Shown piece after piece: positions 49,579 through 57,388 of a stretch of 64,000 bases of DNA. Below the pieces are notes generated by a model. The model was not told the origin of the DNA. It ran no database searches and worked only from the letters and a program-made list of their open reading frames with translations. The DNA is taken from positions 42,061 to 106,060 of the forward strand of contig JBJHCF010000010.1 in assembly GCA_050506795.1 (NCBI GenBank). Direction: 5' to 3'. Origin of the DNA: Opitutia bacterium (lineage in GTDB: Bacteria > Verrucomicrobiota > Verrucomicrobiia > Opitutales > T3Sed10-336). Each line of letters begins with the position of its first letter. Positions within the stretch are counted from its first letter, which is position 1. The position numbers and the translations under genes are program-made.

Positions 49579-50736
49579 TCAGACCTGTCGCCCTTCCGGA
49601 CAGGCTTCCAGGACGCGTTCGATGACAAATTCCTTCTCGTCTTCGGTTAGACTGGAGGAACTCGGCAGGCAGATGCCGCGGAGATTGAGGTCCTCCGCCA
49701 CAGTCCCGCCGACGACCTCAGCGTCCCGATACAGTTCCTGGGTGTGCATGGGTTTCCACACCGGACGCGCTTCGATATTCGCGGCATCCAGATGCTCGAT
49801 CAACTTGTCGCGCGATATGCCGAAACGGTCCTCGTCGATCAGAAAGCAGCTCAACCAATTGGTGTGTCGGCCGTACGTCGCCTGAGGCATTAATTCTATG
49901 CCGGGCAATTCGGTAAAAGCGTCGCGATAACGAAAGGCCACCGCGCGCCGTTGCCGCACCCTTTCCTCCAGGACACGAAACTGGCCGCGGGCGATCGCCG
50001 CCACCACGTTGCTCATCCGATAATTGTATCCGAGTTCGGAATGACGGTAATCGGCGCCCGGATCGCGCGCCTGGGTGGCCCAAAAACGCGCCTTTTCCAC
50101 CCTCTCGCGATCCGGCGCAACGAGGAAGCCGCCGGTGCTTCCGGTGATGATTTTGTTTCCATTAAACGAATACACGCCAACATCACCCAGCGTCCCCGGT
50201 ACCCGATCCTGGTAGGTGGCCCCCAATGCCTCGGCGGCATCCTCAAGTACGGGCACCTCAAACCGGCGACAAGCCTCAAGGATCGGGGCCATATCGGCGC
50301 ACTGCCCAAACAAATGCGCGACAATTACGGCCCTGGGCAGGCGTCCGATTTTCGCCCGCTTTTCCAGGAACTCCGCCAGCAACGCCGGATCCATGTTCCA
50401 GGAATCCCGTTCGCTGTCGATGAATACCGGGCGCGCCCTTTCATACAGGATAGGATTACATCCGCCGGCGAACGTCAAAGTGGGCGAGACCACTTCGTCA
50501 CCGTCACGGACCCCCAACAGCTTCAACCCGAGGTGAATCCCGGCGGTTCCGGTCGCGATGGCCACGCCCGGCAAACCGGTGTAGTTGGAAAACTCCTCCT
50601 CCAAGGCGTTCAGATGGTTTCCCACGGTGGAAATCCAGTTGTCACGGAACGCCTCCTGCACGAACCGGAGTTCCCATTCTCCCATGTGCGGTTTGGAAAG
50701 ATGGATACGCTGCTTGAATCTTGTCGTTTTGCTCAT
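49579..50736 (-). CDS. DegT/DnrJ/EryC1/StrS sugar aminotransferase (PglE/EpsN-like)
   Basis: GTAGIHL, EDAAEALG, SFNGNKIIT (PLP lysine), GYNYRMSN, RPVWKPMH. Confidence 0.93.
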   Translation of the reverse strand: MSKTTRFKQRIHLSKPHMGEWELRFVQEAFRDNWISTVGNHLNALEEEFSNYTGLPGVAIATGTAGIHLGLKLLGVRDGDEVVSPTLTFAGGCNPILYERARPVFIDSERDSWNMDPALLAEFLEKRAKIGRLPRAVIVAHLFGQCADMAPILEACRRFEVPVLEDAAEALGATYQDRVPGTLGDVGVYSFNGNKIITGSTGGFLVAPDRERVEKARFWATQARDPGADYRHSELGYNYRMSNVVAAIARGQFRVLEERVRQRRAVAFRYRDAFTELPGIELMPQATYGRHTNWLSCFLIDEDRFGISRDKLIEHLDAANIEARPVWKPMHTQELYRDAEVVGGTVAEDLNLRGICLPSSSSLTEDEKEFVIERVLEACPEGRQV

Positions 50737-51377
50737 GTTCCCATTTGAAAACTGCGGGCGGGATTTCCATAAATGGTAATCCCCGCAGGCACGTTCCTGA
50801 TGGCCACGCTTCCGGCACCGATGACCGCGCGGTCGCCGACCGTCACTCTTGGCAGAACGGCCGCATGACTTCCCATAAAAACTTCCTCTCCGATCCTGAC
50901 CCCGCCCGTAATATCGCAGAACGCGCTCGACTGGGTAAAGGCGCCAACCACGCTGTCATGGCCTACGGCGGAGCCCACGTTGAGGGTCACGAAGTCTCCC
51001 AGGCGAATGTCGCTGGTGATCACCACCCTGGGACAGAGAATCACTCCGGTTCCCAGTTCCACATTGTTTCCCATAACCACGGTGGGATGAATCAAGGAAG
51101 CGAATCTCGCTCCCCGGCTTTTGAGAATCGACACCACCTTGCGCTTAAGTTCCGGCTTTCCCAAACCACAGAGGAAATAGTCATTCTCCCCCACCTGATA
51201 ATTGGAAATATTTCCGAGAATTGGCGGATACCCCATTCCCTCGAGCGCAGCGGGGTTGTCATCGATGAACCCAAGAAAGCGCCATCCGCGACCGAAATCA
51301 AAACTGTGCCGGGCCCAGGCGTACACCTCCCGGCCAAAACCGCCGGCGCCGACAATGATAAGGTTTTTGGGCTTCAT
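50733..51377 (-). CDS. Sugar acyltransferase, NeuD/PglD-like (left-handed beta helix)
   Basis: IIVGAGGFGREV, GFIDD, hexapeptide repeats, GHD, GNPAR. Confidence 0.9.
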   Translation of the reverse strand: MKPKNLIIVGAGGFGREVYAWARHSFDFGRGWRFLGFIDDNPAALEGMGYPPILGNISNYQVGENDYFLCGLGKPELKRKVVSILKSRGARFASLIHPTVVMGNNVELGTGVILCPRVVITSDIRLGDFVTLNVGSAVGHDSVVGAFTQSSAFCDITGGVRIGEEVFMGSHAAVLPRVTVGDRAVIGAGSVAIRNVPAGITIYGNPARSFQMGT

Positions 51378-51446
51378 GGATTGGTCAGGGGAAATCGGTT
51401 TTCAGTTATCGGTTAATGGTTATCCGGGGACTTTCCGTAGCGCCCC

Positions 51447-51531
51447 GTAGCTCCCTGCTTTAGCCGGAGTCCTCTTGACGGGAACCGGCGCCCCCACGCC
51501 GCACAATACGCCCGCTTAAGCTGGGCGCTAC
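51447..51531. repeat. GTAG-type REPIN unit
   Basis: GTAGCTCCCTGCTTTAGCCGGAG-spacer-CGCCCGCTTAAGCTGGGCGCTAC. Confidence 0.8.
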
Positions 51532-51549
51532 TGAAGACCCCACGTCTCT

Positions 51550-52293
51550 TCACTTCGCCGTGAACCCGCCATCACAGACGAGCGTGGTTCCAGTGATCCA
51601 GCGCGCGGCGGGAGAGAGGAGAAACAGCGCGGCGGCGGCAACGTCGTCGGGAGTGCCGAACCCCAGAGGATATTCCTTTTCGTGCGCCTCCATGGCCGCG
51701 TCGCCCAACGCCCCCTGCGCCTGATCCGCCATACCCGATCGCACCATTCCGGGAGCGAGCGAGTTGACCCGGATCCGCCGCGGCGCCAGTTCGAGCGCGA
51801 GCGCCCGGCCGGCCGCCATCAGGGCGCCTTTGGACCCCGCGTACAGGACATGCCCCTTGGCACCCACCAAACCGGCCACCGACGCCATAAAGACCACGGA
51901 AGCTTCGGGGTTCAGTTTCCTTCCCTTGAGCAGAGCCGTCGTGAGCAGTACCGGAGCCTCATAGTTGACCGATTGCTGGCTTCGCAGTTTTTCCTCCGAC
52001 AAAAACGCCGCCGGCGCCAGTTCCAACGCCCCTGCCCCATGCACGATCCCGTCGAGCGCGGGAGCCACCTTGACCAAGGCATCGCGTTCCTCTCCTTTGG
52101 TCAGATCCACCCGAAAAGCCTGGCAGCGTTCAGTTCCCAGGTCAGTCGAAAGGGCGGCCAGCCGCTCGCGGTCACGCCCCGTCACCACAACCCGCGCGCC
52201 TGCCGCGAGCACCGCGGAACAAACAGCTCTCCCGATCTCCGAAGTGGCTCCGGTGACCAGGATGGTTTTTCCGGTTAAGTTAAAATTTGGCAT
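51550..52293 (-). CDS. SDR family oxidoreductase
   Basis: TGATSEIG, YAGSK, IRVNSLAPG, WITG..LVCDGG. Confidence 0.9.
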   Translation of the reverse strand: MPNFNLTGKTILVTGATSEIGRAVCSAVLAAGARVVVTGRDRERLAALSTDLGTERCQAFRVDLTKGEERDALVKVAPALDGIVHGAGALELAPAAFLSEEKLRSQQSVNYEAPVLLTTALLKGRKLNPEASVVFMASVAGLVGAKGHVLYAGSKGALMAAGRALALELAPRRIRVNSLAPGMVRSGMADQAQGALGDAAMEAHEKEYPLGFGTPDDVAAAALFLLSPAARWITGTTLVCDGGFTAK

Positions 52294-52308
52294 AGGATTT
52301 TCGGATAT

Positions 52309-52499
52309 TAACCACAAAGATCACAAGGAACACAAAGATTCCTTCGTCTCTGAAGGAATACCACGGAGCAAGCTCAATGCCTCCGGATTTCTTCCTGATT
52401 CCTTGCCCAGCATTGCTCCGCTTCGCTCCACCATCTCCGCAAAGCCTCCGTCCCCTGTCAAACCGCTCTTCTATGTGTTCTTTGTGATCTCTGTGGCTC
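52309..52499. mobile_element. MITE-like element with about 30-bp terminal inverted repeats of 9-nt periodicity
   Basis: TAACCACAAAGATCACAAGGAACACAAAGA ... TCTATGTGTTCTTTGTGATCTCTGTGGCTC; interior closely matches 54862-55030. Confidence 0.7.
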
Positions 52500-52525
52500 A
52501 TTTCACCCCGCTAACCGACAACCCA

Positions 52526-52762
52526 TCAACCTCCCCGCTTCTTCTCAACGAGACCGGCCAGGTCGCGGATGGTGGTGCAGGCGAGGATTTCGTTGGCCGT
52601 CAGTTCGACCTCAAACGCGGCGTCGGCCATGGCGATGGTCGTTAAAACGGCAAGCGAATCCCATTGCTCCAAATCCTGAAACCTCGTTTCCGGGGTCACC
52701 GATCCCGTCTCCAGCCCCTCGATCGATACCTCGAACTCTTCAATAAATGCGTCAATATCCAT
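52526..52762 (-). CDS. Acyl carrier protein
   Basis: 78 aa, acidic, WDSLA phosphopantetheine motif, TIRDL. Confidence 0.9.
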   Translation of the reverse strand: MDIDAFIEEFEVSIEGLETGSVTPETRFQDLEQWDSLAVLTTIAMADAAFEVELTANEILACTTIRDLAGLVEKKRGG

Positions 52763-53022
52763 GAAATTATAAAATGCCTTTCAAGTGGAGATGTTACACC
52801 ACGGAAATCACAAAGAACACGAAGAAAATGGGGCGGGGGACGGTGTTTCCGTGCTCGATTGGGCTCGTCAAAGTCCGATTGAATCGAAGGCGCGAGAGGT
52901 TATCGGGGCGGCTTTGCCAAGCCTCCGTCCCTGCAAATCTCCCCTTCGTGACTTCCACCGGCCTGAGCTCGTCAAGGGCGTACTCTTCGTGGTTAATGTG
53001 GGTTCCTGTCGAGACGGCGGCT

Positions 53023-53249
53023 CGCCCGCTGAAGCAGGGCGCTACGAACTCAGTGCACCCCGTAGCTCCGTGCTTAAGCCGGAGTCTTTTTCGCGGGAAC
53101 CGGCACCCCCACGCCGAACAATACGCCTGCCTGTAGCAGGCCGCTACGAATTCCGTGCATCCCGTAGCTCCGTGCTTTAGCCGGAGTCTTCTTCGCGGGA
53201 ACCGGCGCCCCCACGCCGAACAATACGCCCGCTGAAGCAGGGCGCTACG
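53023..53249. repeat. BIME-like tandem array of five GTAG-type REPs (about 102-bp period)
   Basis: Alternating CGCCCGCTGAAGCAGGGCGCTAC and GTAGCTCCGTGCTT(A/T)AGCCGGAG with conserved spacers. Confidence 0.88.
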
Positions 53250-53277
53250 ACCGTCTCGCTTACCCTCCACCACTCCA

Positions 53278-54354
53278 CTATTCCTCGCTATGCGTCACCA
53301 CTCGGCAGGCAGCGAGCTGGTCGGTGACCAGCAGGCACGAGGCCCAGGAGAGGCCAACCCCGAATCCGGAGAAGACCAGCCTCAGTCGCTCGCGGGTCGC
53401 ACGCTCCCCCAGCGCGTCGCACAGGGTGCCCGGAATGGAGGCGCAGCTTTGGTTGCCGTACTTCTCCACGGTTCCGGCGGGCATCTTCTCGAGAGGAACC
53501 TTCAACCGCCGGGCGATATTGCCGATAATGTACCGGTTCGCCTGATGCAGGACAAAAGCGTCCACCTCCTCCAACGAAACTCCGGCGAATTCCACAATCG
53601 ATAGCAAGGCCCTCGGTTCCACCTTGAGAGAAAAGTTGAACACTTCGGCGCCGTTCATGTGGAGATTCTCCGGAGCGCGCACATTGCCCCCTTCATCCGT
53701 CGTTTCGCGGGCGGTCTCTTTCGATTTTGGCTGACGAAAACCGCCGGCGGGCACGATGATGTGCTCGAACCCCTTTCCGTCGGTCTTCAGATCATACCAG
53801 GACGCTTCAGTCTGCTCCGAGGTCTCGATCAGGGTGGCGCTGCCGGCGTCGCCAAAAAGGGGCGCCACGGTGCGATCCCGAGGATTGACGCAGCGGCTGA
53901 TGGTATCCCCCGCCAGCACCAGCACTTTGCCACATCCGCCGCTTTCAATCATCATGGACGCCAGCCAGAGAGCGTAGACATAACCCGAGCACCCCAGGTT
54001 GACATCGAACGCGGCGCAGTCCTCCTTCAGGTCCAGGCGTCCGTGCAGGACACAAGCCGTGGCGGGCTGGAAATAGTCGGGAGTCTGAGTGACCATGATC
54101 ACCGCGTCGATGTCCGAGGCAACTACCCCCGTCTCGGAAAATAAAGTACGGGCCGCCGTTTCACACAAGTCGGCTGACGTCGTTTCGCAATCGACCACAT
54201 ACCGCTCACGCAGGCCAATCGTATTTTTGATACGTTCAATCTGAGCTCGATCACCGCCGTACTGGTCGATCTCATCGTCTATCGACCGCTTGTTCCCCGG
54301 CACCGCCGTCACCACTCCGGTAATACGGGATCTATGGAATTTGGACTTAGGCAA
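53278..54354 (-). CDS. Ketoacyl-ACP synthase III (FabH-like)
   Basis: TQTPDY..PATA, GCSGY (Cys), HQAN (His), YGN (Asn), GFGVGLSW; TTG start. Confidence 0.92.
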   Translation of the reverse strand: MPKSKFHRSRITGVVTAVPGNKRSIDDEIDQYGGDRAQIERIKNTIGLRERYVVDCETTSADLCETAARTLFSETGVVASDIDAVIMVTQTPDYFQPATACVLHGRLDLKEDCAAFDVNLGCSGYVYALWLASMMIESGGCGKVLVLAGDTISRCVNPRDRTVAPLFGDAGSATLIETSEQTEASWYDLKTDGKGFEHIIVPAGGFRQPKSKETARETTDEGGNVRAPENLHMNGAEVFNFSLKVEPRALLSIVEFAGVSLEEVDAFVLHQANRYIIGNIARRLKVPLEKMPAGTVEKYGNQSCASIPGTLCDALGERATRERLRLVFSGFGVGLSWASCLLVTDQLAACRVVTHSEE

Positions 54355-54477
54355 AACTTAATGGATTGGAGGTTTAGCCACCGAGATCACAAGGAACACA
54401 AAGAAGGCATCAAAACTTACTTGACATGTCGTAATCAAAGCCTCTTCTTAACGCCCACCTAAAAACTCATTCTACCC

Positions 54478-54846
54478 ATGGACAGAATTAAATCCTTGAG
54501 CGACACCATTCGCCAAACGGCCTATGCTATACATGTTTACCACGGACACGGTCATCTTGAAAAAGTGTACGAAAACGCTTTGGCTCATCGGTTGAGGAAA
54601 CAAGGCATAAAGGTTGAACAGCAGATGCCGCTCAAGGTCTTCGACGAGGATGGAACCTTGATAGGGGAATACTTTTCCGACCTCTGTATCGACGGAGACA
54701 TTATCCTGGAGCTCAAGACCGCAAAGACTCTTGCTCCAGAGCACACCGCGCAACTTCTTGGGTATCTCAAAGCCACAGGTCTCACTCATGGAATTCTCAT
54801 CAACTTCGGCTCCTACCGGTTCGAAATTCGAAAACTCGCCCTATGA
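54478..54846 (+). CDS. GxxExxY protein (PD-(D/E)XK nuclease superfamily)
   Basis: GHGHLEKVYE, D...DG.IILELK, H.AQLLGYLK, GILINFG; antisense to the surrounding operon. Confidence 0.92.
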   Translation: MDRIKSLSDTIRQTAYAIHVYHGHGHLEKVYENALAHRLRKQGIKVEQQMPLKVFDEDGTLIGEYFSDLCIDGDIILELKTAKTLAPEHTAQLLGYLKATGLTHGILINFGSYRFEIRKLAL

Positions 54847-55027
54847 TTCTTCAGGGGTTGAAACCACAAAGATCACAAAGATTCCTCAATTTCCATAGGA
54901 ACACCTTGGAGCAAACTCAATGCCACTGATTTCTTGTCCCGCATTGCTCCGCTTCGCTCCACCATCTCCGCAAAGCCTCCGTCCCATGCCAAACCCCTCC
55001 TCTATGTGTTCCTTGTGATCTTTGTGG

Positions 55028-56407
55028 CTAATCTCCACCCCTCCTCTTCTTAAAGTTCTCACCCGTTTCAATTACCTCAACACGGTACACCTTCACCGGA
55101 ATTTTATGGGGTTCCAAGCGGTCCCGACAGAACGCTCGTATCCGCTTTTTCAATTCAGTCAGGGAAAGATCTTCGGTAGCGACCGCTTCCACGGCGACGA
55201 CCTGGCCGGTCAGGGGATGGGATTCGCCGAAAACACGGCATTCGCGGAGTTCAGGGATCTCCAGCAAAACCGCTTCCACTTCCGAGGGGAAAACCTTTTC
55301 GCCGCCGACGTTGATCTGGTCGCTGCGCCGTCCAACAATACGAAAAAACCCGTCGCCCGTCTCCTCAACCAAATCTCCCGTGCGGTACCAGCCATCGTCG
55401 GGCAAAATGGAGTTGTCCGCATTCAAATACCCCAGGATACGCGACGGACTCTTGAGCCAAAGCTCCCCATCCACCACCTTCCACTGAACCCGCGAATCTT
55501 CAACCCGCATCTCCAGGCTGTCCGGTGATCGGCTTACCACTCGAACCGCGTTGGTCTCACTGGTTCCGAATTTCTGCTGCAACCGAACCCATGGAACGGC
55601 CGACGCCAGGCGGCGCAACAATGATTCCGGCATGGGCTCGGAACCGTAACCGATGATGCGCAAGGCGGAAAGGTCGTGTTTCTCGGTCACGCCGGACAGC
55701 AGGAACAGATTCAAAAACGTGGGCGAAGCGGGGAGGACCTCCACCTGGTGACGCTCGATCGTACGTGCGACGCACTCCGGATCGCGACGTTCCGGGATCA
55801 CCAGTGACGCTCCGGAAGCCAACGCCCGGAACAGAATATCAAGGCCGCCGATATGGTCATAGTTCAGAAACGCCAGCGTGACCGGTCCGCCTCCCGCCAT
55901 CTTCACCGTGTACCCCTCGGTCAATTTGACCAGATCATGCAGCATCGCCTTCGGTGTGCCGGTGGTGCCGCTGCTGAAAAGGATCAATCCCGGGTGTCCG
56001 GCCCGGGCCAGTTTGGCAATCAACGGATGCTGATTCCCTCCGGCAGTCTCTCCGCTCCTGCAGTCAACGGCCACCGACAGTTGAAAACCATTCCCCTCCT
56101 GCTTCTCCAACACCCACTGCGCGCCCGCCACTCGCAAACGCTCCTCCCGAGCGGCATTGCTCAAGCCGACCAACGGAACGGACACGGCCCCCCGGTCGGC
56201 CAGGGCAAAGAGCTGAACGATGGCCTCCGGCGTATAAGGCCCGTCGATCGCCACCACGCTTCCCTGCCCAATCTCCGCTTCGGCGAGACGCTCGGAAGCT
56301 GATTCAACCGCCTGTTGAAACCGCCCGTAAGTCCAGACCTCATCCCCGTAATGCAACAACGCCAACTCCGCCGGACGGGAAGCCACCTGGAATTTTTTTT
56401 GAAGCAT
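55028..56407 (-). CDS. AMP-dependent acyl ligase (ANL superfamily)
   Basis: FSSGTTGTPK, FGTSET, WYRTGD, GR..DQINVGGEKV.P.EVE, HKIP. Confidence 0.9.
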   Translation of the reverse strand: MLQKKFQVASRPAELALLHYGDEVWTYGRFQQAVESASERLAEAEIGQGSVVAIDGPYTPEAIVQLFALADRGAVSVPLVGLSNAAREERLRVAGAQWVLEKQEGNGFQLSVAVDCRSGETAGGNQHPLIAKLARAGHPGLILFSSGTTGTPKAMLHDLVKLTEGYTVKMAGGGPVTLAFLNYDHIGGLDILFRALASGASLVIPERRDPECVARTIERHQVEVLPASPTFLNLFLLSGVTEKHDLSALRIIGYGSEPMPESLLRRLASAVPWVRLQQKFGTSETNAVRVVSRSPDSLEMRVEDSRVQWKVVDGELWLKSPSRILGYLNADNSILPDDGWYRTGDLVEETGDGFFRIVGRRSDQINVGGEKVFPSEVEAVLLEIPELRECRVFGESHPLTGQVVAVEAVATEDLSLTELKKRIRAFCRDRLEPHKIPVKVYRVEVIETGENFKKRRGGD

Positions 56408-56533
56408 GGGGAGAGGGGGCAGAATTATGAATCAGGAATTATGAGTGATGAAAGGCCTCCGGTCTTTGCACCGAGTCCATCTCTGTGTTCTTTGTGATCT
56501 TTGTGGTTAAATTCTTCGCCGTCCTGATTCCCT

Positions 56534-56920
56534 CTACCACAGCACTTTAACCGGGTAATCCCGAAACACGGGGTCGCCGGTGACAACCGGAATGTCCAGC
56601 AGGTTTGCCGTGGCAATCAGCAGGCGATCGAAGGGATCCCGGTGTAACTCCGGAAGGTTCGGCACCCCAAAGAGTGCGCGATCGGAAATCGGCTCATATT
56701 CAAAATCGGTACGCCGGATTCGTTCAGGCAGATAATCCGACGGCGGCACCGGGAGCGGCAGCTTTCCAAGACTGTACTTGATAACGATCTCCCAGGTTGA
56801 AGCCTGACTGAAAAGCAGACGGTTTTCCTTATCCCTGATAAACTGCCGGGCTTTATCCGTCAAACGTTCCGGCTCCACCCAAAAATAGAGCGCGGCCTGG
56901 GTGTCCAGCAGCGCCTTCAT
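56534..56920 (-). CDS. vapC: Type II toxin, PIN domain (VapC family)
   Basis: LLDT, S.WEI..K..LGKL, HRDPFDRLLIA, VTGD. Confidence 0.92.
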   Translation of the reverse strand: MKALLDTQAALYFWVEPERLTDKARQFIRDKENRLLFSQASTWEIVIKYSLGKLPLPVPPSDYLPERIRRTDFEYEPISDRALFGVPNLPELHRDPFDRLLIATANLLDIPVVTGDPVFRDYPVKVLW

Positions 56921-57180
56921 TCACGGCCTTCAAACAATTCGCGAACGGTCTCATTAAGTTCGGGAGAGTCCCAGTCGGTGGGCAGCGAAAACGCCCCTTT
57001 ATCAATCCCTATGGGTCTCCCCTTCGATTCGCCTTCTGCTTCAATTGCTGCAGGCGACAAAGGGCGAATCTCGGCAAACGGCTTGTTCCGATCACAGAGC
57101 CAAATCGTCTCCCCCGCTTTCACCCGCTTCGCGTATTTTGAAAGCTGCGTTTTGGCCTCATGAATGTTGATCCGGAGCAT
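56917..57180 (-). CDS. Type II antitoxin, Phd/YefM family
   Basis: INIHEAKTQLS....V..GE......P.A; ATGA overlap with the toxin. Confidence 0.9.
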   Translation of the reverse strand: MLRINIHEAKTQLSKYAKRVKAGETIWLCDRNKPFAEIRPLSPAAIEAEGESKGRPIGIDKGAFSLPTDWDSPELNETVRELFEGRE

Positions 57181-57186
57181 GCGAAT

Positions 57187-57215
57187 AACTTAGTTTAGTT
57201 TAATGACCTAGTCAA
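57187..57215 (-). promoter_or_regulatory. Sigma70-like promoter and operator of the phd-vapC pair
   Basis: TTGACT-N17-TAAGTT, 6 nt before ATG; TGAC-TAG-GTCA inverted repeat overlaps -35. Confidence 0.55.
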
Positions 57216-57388
57216 GTTTAAAGGCCCCGGCAACAAGAACCAACAGGCTGCGCACAGGGGACCGCTGAAGGGAGGCGTGGGGCGAGCGGAGCAATCATAG
57301 GCCAGAAACTAAGAACTAAGAACCCGGAACCAATTTCTAACCACGGAAGCGCCCCCCTCGCCCCACGTCCCTCGCTCCACGCCCCTCA

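Noticed and set aside
53023..53249. Regularly spaced palindromic repeats as a CRISPR array
   Set aside because: Repeats alternate in class and orientation, the spacers are themselves repeated, and there are no cas genes; this fits a BIME/REPIN.
52774..53273. ORFs of 120-159 aa with internal repeats
   Set aside because: They are translations of the REP/BIME array, not real genes.
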